Both the position numbers and the translations under genes were made by a program. The notes under the pieces are model-generated. The model was not told where the DNA came from, ran no database searches, and saw only the letters and a list, made by a program, of their open reading frames with translations. This document shows, piece after piece, positions 60,941-64,000 of a DNA stretch of 64,000 bases (position 1 is the first letter of the stretch; each line of letters opens with the position of its first letter). The stretch comes from Felis catus (Eukaryota): the NCBI RefSeq assembly GCF_018350175.1, contig NC_058369.1, positions 22,756,001 to 22,820,000 on the forward strand, read 5' to 3'.

Positions 60941-62544
60941 CAGAGCTTAAATATTAACACTTTCTAGAAAGCATCCTTTGTTTATGGATATTTATTTCCC
61001 TGGTCTTTCTTAGAGCTGGTGTTGAGTGATTGGAAGTTGTAATGACTTTGGAAAGCAGACTATCAAAGGCATAGGTTGAATTCAGTTGCGTCAGGTAGGT
61101 GTTGTTTTTATTTCCTTGCTCCACTGGGCTATGTACAACATCTTCTGCAGTGTTTGATGCTATTGTTGCTATTGTTCCTACATTTTCTGAGGTCACCCTT
61201 TACAATCCACGGGATGCTCTCCCCAGGGGGTACGGAGCTCTGCTCTCAGATGAAGCCAGAGGCACCTCTGGAGAGATGTTGCTGCAGTGAGCTTGTCGAT
61301 GGTGTGTGGGGACATCTGTAATCGACAGCATTTCTGTACCAAGGGCCCTGAGTATTTACTCACTCATTCATTCATTCATTCATTCATTCTTTTCTTGGAT
61401 CCACCTGCCAAGGAAAAGATTTCAGAATATTTCCTCTGAGCTTTGTGAGAGCAGACAGGAAGCCGGCAGCAATCGGAGGTGCCTGGTGCAGTCTGTCAGA
61501 CACGCTGTGCTCTCTTTGTTTCTTTCCCTTGCCTTTTTTCTCTCATCTTTAAGTCTAATAGACTAAAGATGGGGAAGAGGCGGAGCAGGTGACTCCTGCT
61601 CTTGAGCAAGGAAGTCCTTCGGCGTCCCTTGGGAGTGTCTGCTGCTAGGATTCAGGTTACTGATGTACGTTCTTCCAACGTGGCAGCATCTAGCTCCAAT
61701 TTGAAAAGTTCACCTGGACTCCATGAGGGGAGAGCTGTTGTTGTCGTATTTGCTTTTCTGAGAGAGGGAACCATTTTCTGCTGCATGGTTATCATGTTGA
61801 GGGTTGAGAACCCAGGCACGTTGGCGATAAGGATTTAATGAATACATATGAGAAGAGGAGATTCAGGCCACTGAGCAGCACATTGCCCTAGGCCACTTCC
61901 CATTTCAGGCTGGTGAGATATTTAGGGGAGTAAATTTCAGATGATCATGGAAGGAAAAATATTCAGGGGGCATTGGGGTGAGAGATACATTCTCATCTGT
62001 GTTTTCAACAGCAGGTAGGTGGTGCATGTCACTGACAACCTTGTGCATCACCTCTCAGTTTTGTCCGTTGTCTTTGTTTTTATAATTCACTTATAGCTTT
62101 AAAAAATGTCATTAGGCCTGCCCTTGTGTTCATTATTCCACATGGCAGAGAAGATGTGCTTTTAATTTATTCTTTGCTTCTAATTGTAGTGTGTGCATGT
62201 CAGGGTTCACTGGCTAGAGAGAGAATGAGCCCTGCTTTTGTCAAGCAGATAATTGAACCTGGTAACGATTACTGTCAGAAATCCCCTGGGGTTGCGTTCA
62301 TCCCTGTCCATCGTCCCTCATGGTGGTTTCCAGCATCTCATGTGCTGGGACCCTGAGGACTTTCCCATGGGAAACAGCAAATCGGAGTCTGTGTGCTGCA
62401 GACCCCGAGTGCACTAATGTCGGTACCTTTTTTTTCTGGGTTTGTACCGGGCTCTGGTGCTAGGGACTTCTGAAGACAACGTTTTTCAGTTTTGAAATGT
62501 TTAAAGAAATGTTTGCAGTACAGGCAACAAAGGACTAGTATCAA

Positions 62545-63580
62545 GGATAGAGACAGAGCTTCTCATACCGATAACAAAGATATAGTAAAAACTCTGTCAT
62601 AATAAAAACTCCTTCATATCAATTCATTGTAAAGAAGGAGCAGAAAAATGGGCAAAAGACGTGAACAGTCAGTTGACAGGAGTGGAATCACATGGACCAA
62701 GAAAAGGTGCTCAGTTTCACTGATAATCAAGCAAAAGTAAATTAAAGCAGTGAAATACCATTTTGACTGATCAGTTGGCAAAGTAATGGAGATGAGGATG
62801 ATGATGATGGTGGTGGTGATGGTGATGATATCAGAGTGGGTAAGGCCGGGAACAGCGGGGCTGTGCTGGTACAGCCACCCAACAGGTCGGGTTTGCAGAA
62901 GTTTATAAAACTGAAAACGCACAGACCCTATGAGCCATCGACCCCACATCTTGCGTCTGCTTATAGAAACACTGCCGTGTCTACTTGTGTGGGAAAGGCT
63001 GAGACAGTGGCATATCCGTGCAATGGGATTCTAGGGGGTAGCTAAAAGAAATCAAGCAGATATATACAGGTAATTGCAAGGACGATGTCCAGAACATAGG
63101 TTAACTTTAAAAATCAAAGGCAGGGGCGCCTGGGTGGCTCAGTCGGTTAAGCGGCCGACTTCGGCTCAGGTCATGATCTCGCGGCCCGTGAGTTCGAGCC
63201 CCACGTCAGGCTCTGTGCTGACCGCTCAGAGCCTGGAGCCTGTTTCGGATTCTGTGTCTCCCTCTCTCTCTGACCCTCCCCTGTTCATGCTCGCTCTCTC
63301 TCTGTCTCAAGAATAAATAAACGTTAAAAAAAATTTTAAAAAAATAAAAAATAAATAAATAAAAATCAAAGGCAGGGTTAAGAGCTATGTGTACAATATG
63401 ATATAATTTAGGTTAAAAAGAAAACGATCATACAGATAGTGAGTATTAATATATGTCTGTCATTATAGAGGAAAGGTCTGTTGGTAGCACCTGGGGAGGG
63501 GCCTGGTATTAGCACCGGAGTCAAAGGGGATGTGATTGTTATCTGGGATGCTTCTTATTTTATTACAAAAAAAAATTGGG
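62545..63580 (+). mobile_element. Old L1ME-like ORF2 end/3'UTR, interrupted by a SINE
   Basis: gaaaaatgggcaaaagacgtgaacagtcagttgacag...gtgctcagtttcactgataatc...aaattaaagcagtgaaataccatttt...gattgttatctg. Confidence 0.7.
63123..63359 (+). mobile_element. CAN-SINE, CpG-rich and young looking; TSD taaaaatcaaaggca
   Basis: ggggcgcctgggtggctcagtcggttaagcggccgacttcggc...; TSD at 63108-63122 and 63360-63374. Confidence 0.96.
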
Positions 63581-64000
63581 ATAATCAAAATTGAATTGTA
63601 AAGTTTTCTTTCAAGAGAGAAAGAAGAGATGGGTTGGTGGGCAAAGACCCATTAGTTGTGCTGCGTGCCTTGCAGTAGCTCCCATTGAAACCACTCCTTT
63701 TCATTCTCTTTATAAGGCCTCAGGATCCCACCGCCCTGGAGGGTTCTGGCAAAGATCAAACGGGATCTGTGTGCATCTTGCCCTCCCCTGCATCCTGGGC
63801 CCTGAGCATGGTGCCTGGCACAAGGCTGGCCCTGAATCATTATGTATCGGGTTGGCAGCGAATGTGGAGATCTGCTGTGGAGGGCTTTGTTGACCACGGC
63901 TGCAGGCATGTAACCGGTGATAGATTATTGTCATCTGCCTTGCTGTCAGAGGTGTCCTGGCTTTTGATTCTGGAGAGCCCACTCTGTATGTAGGTCTGGG

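Larger units (their letters stand above)
46367..64000 (+). other. CACNA2D3: Intron downstream of the exon (5' part of probable CACNA2D3 intron 4)
   Basis: The expected next peptide (YEYFNAVLINE...) was not seen before the window end. Confidence 0.8.

Noticed and set aside
3728..63316. Recurrent 'AQSV..PTSAQVMIS...LEPVSDSVSPSL' ORFs (3728, 5431, 30476, 44128, 63074) looking like a protein family or repeat array
   Set aside because: They are conceptual translations of CAN-SINEs. They are dispersed with TSDs, not a gene family or CRISPR-like array.
1..64000. Prokaryote-style novel systems (CRISPR, operons, defence islands), numts, intact ERV or L1 ORFs
   Set aside because: CpG-depleted mammalian intron with no regularly spaced repeat-spacer array and no long ORF. 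I saw no mitochondrial or retroviral coding similarity by eye; short decayed pieces could be missed.

Overview
Mammalian (felid/feliform) genomic DNA, almost all intron. Cat-type CAN-SINEs (SINEC_Fc-like) and a feline L1 3' end indicate Felidae; the species cannot be determined from this window. The only coding sequence I can support is one 60-nt, phase 0/0 exon at 46307-46366 (+) encoding RLVEAAEEAHLKHEFDADLQ. From memory this is CACNA2D3 (voltage-gated Ca channel subunit alpha2delta-3), probably exon 4. The rest is the two flanking introns, containing about 15 carnivore SINEs (many with readable target-site duplications, TSDs), old L1/L2/MIR/MaLR/hAT relics, microsatellites and a few motif-rich unique blocks that may be enhancers. 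The other ORFs in the track look spurious. I found no new gene system. The best leads are retrotransposon architectures: two independent 'full SINE + same-variant truncated 3' copy inside one TSD' insertions, three SINEs stacked at one re-used target site, a head-to-head SINE pair 35 bp apart near the exon, and a SINE nested in a TSD-bounded L1. Repeat family names are recognised by eye, and boundaries of old repeats are approximate.
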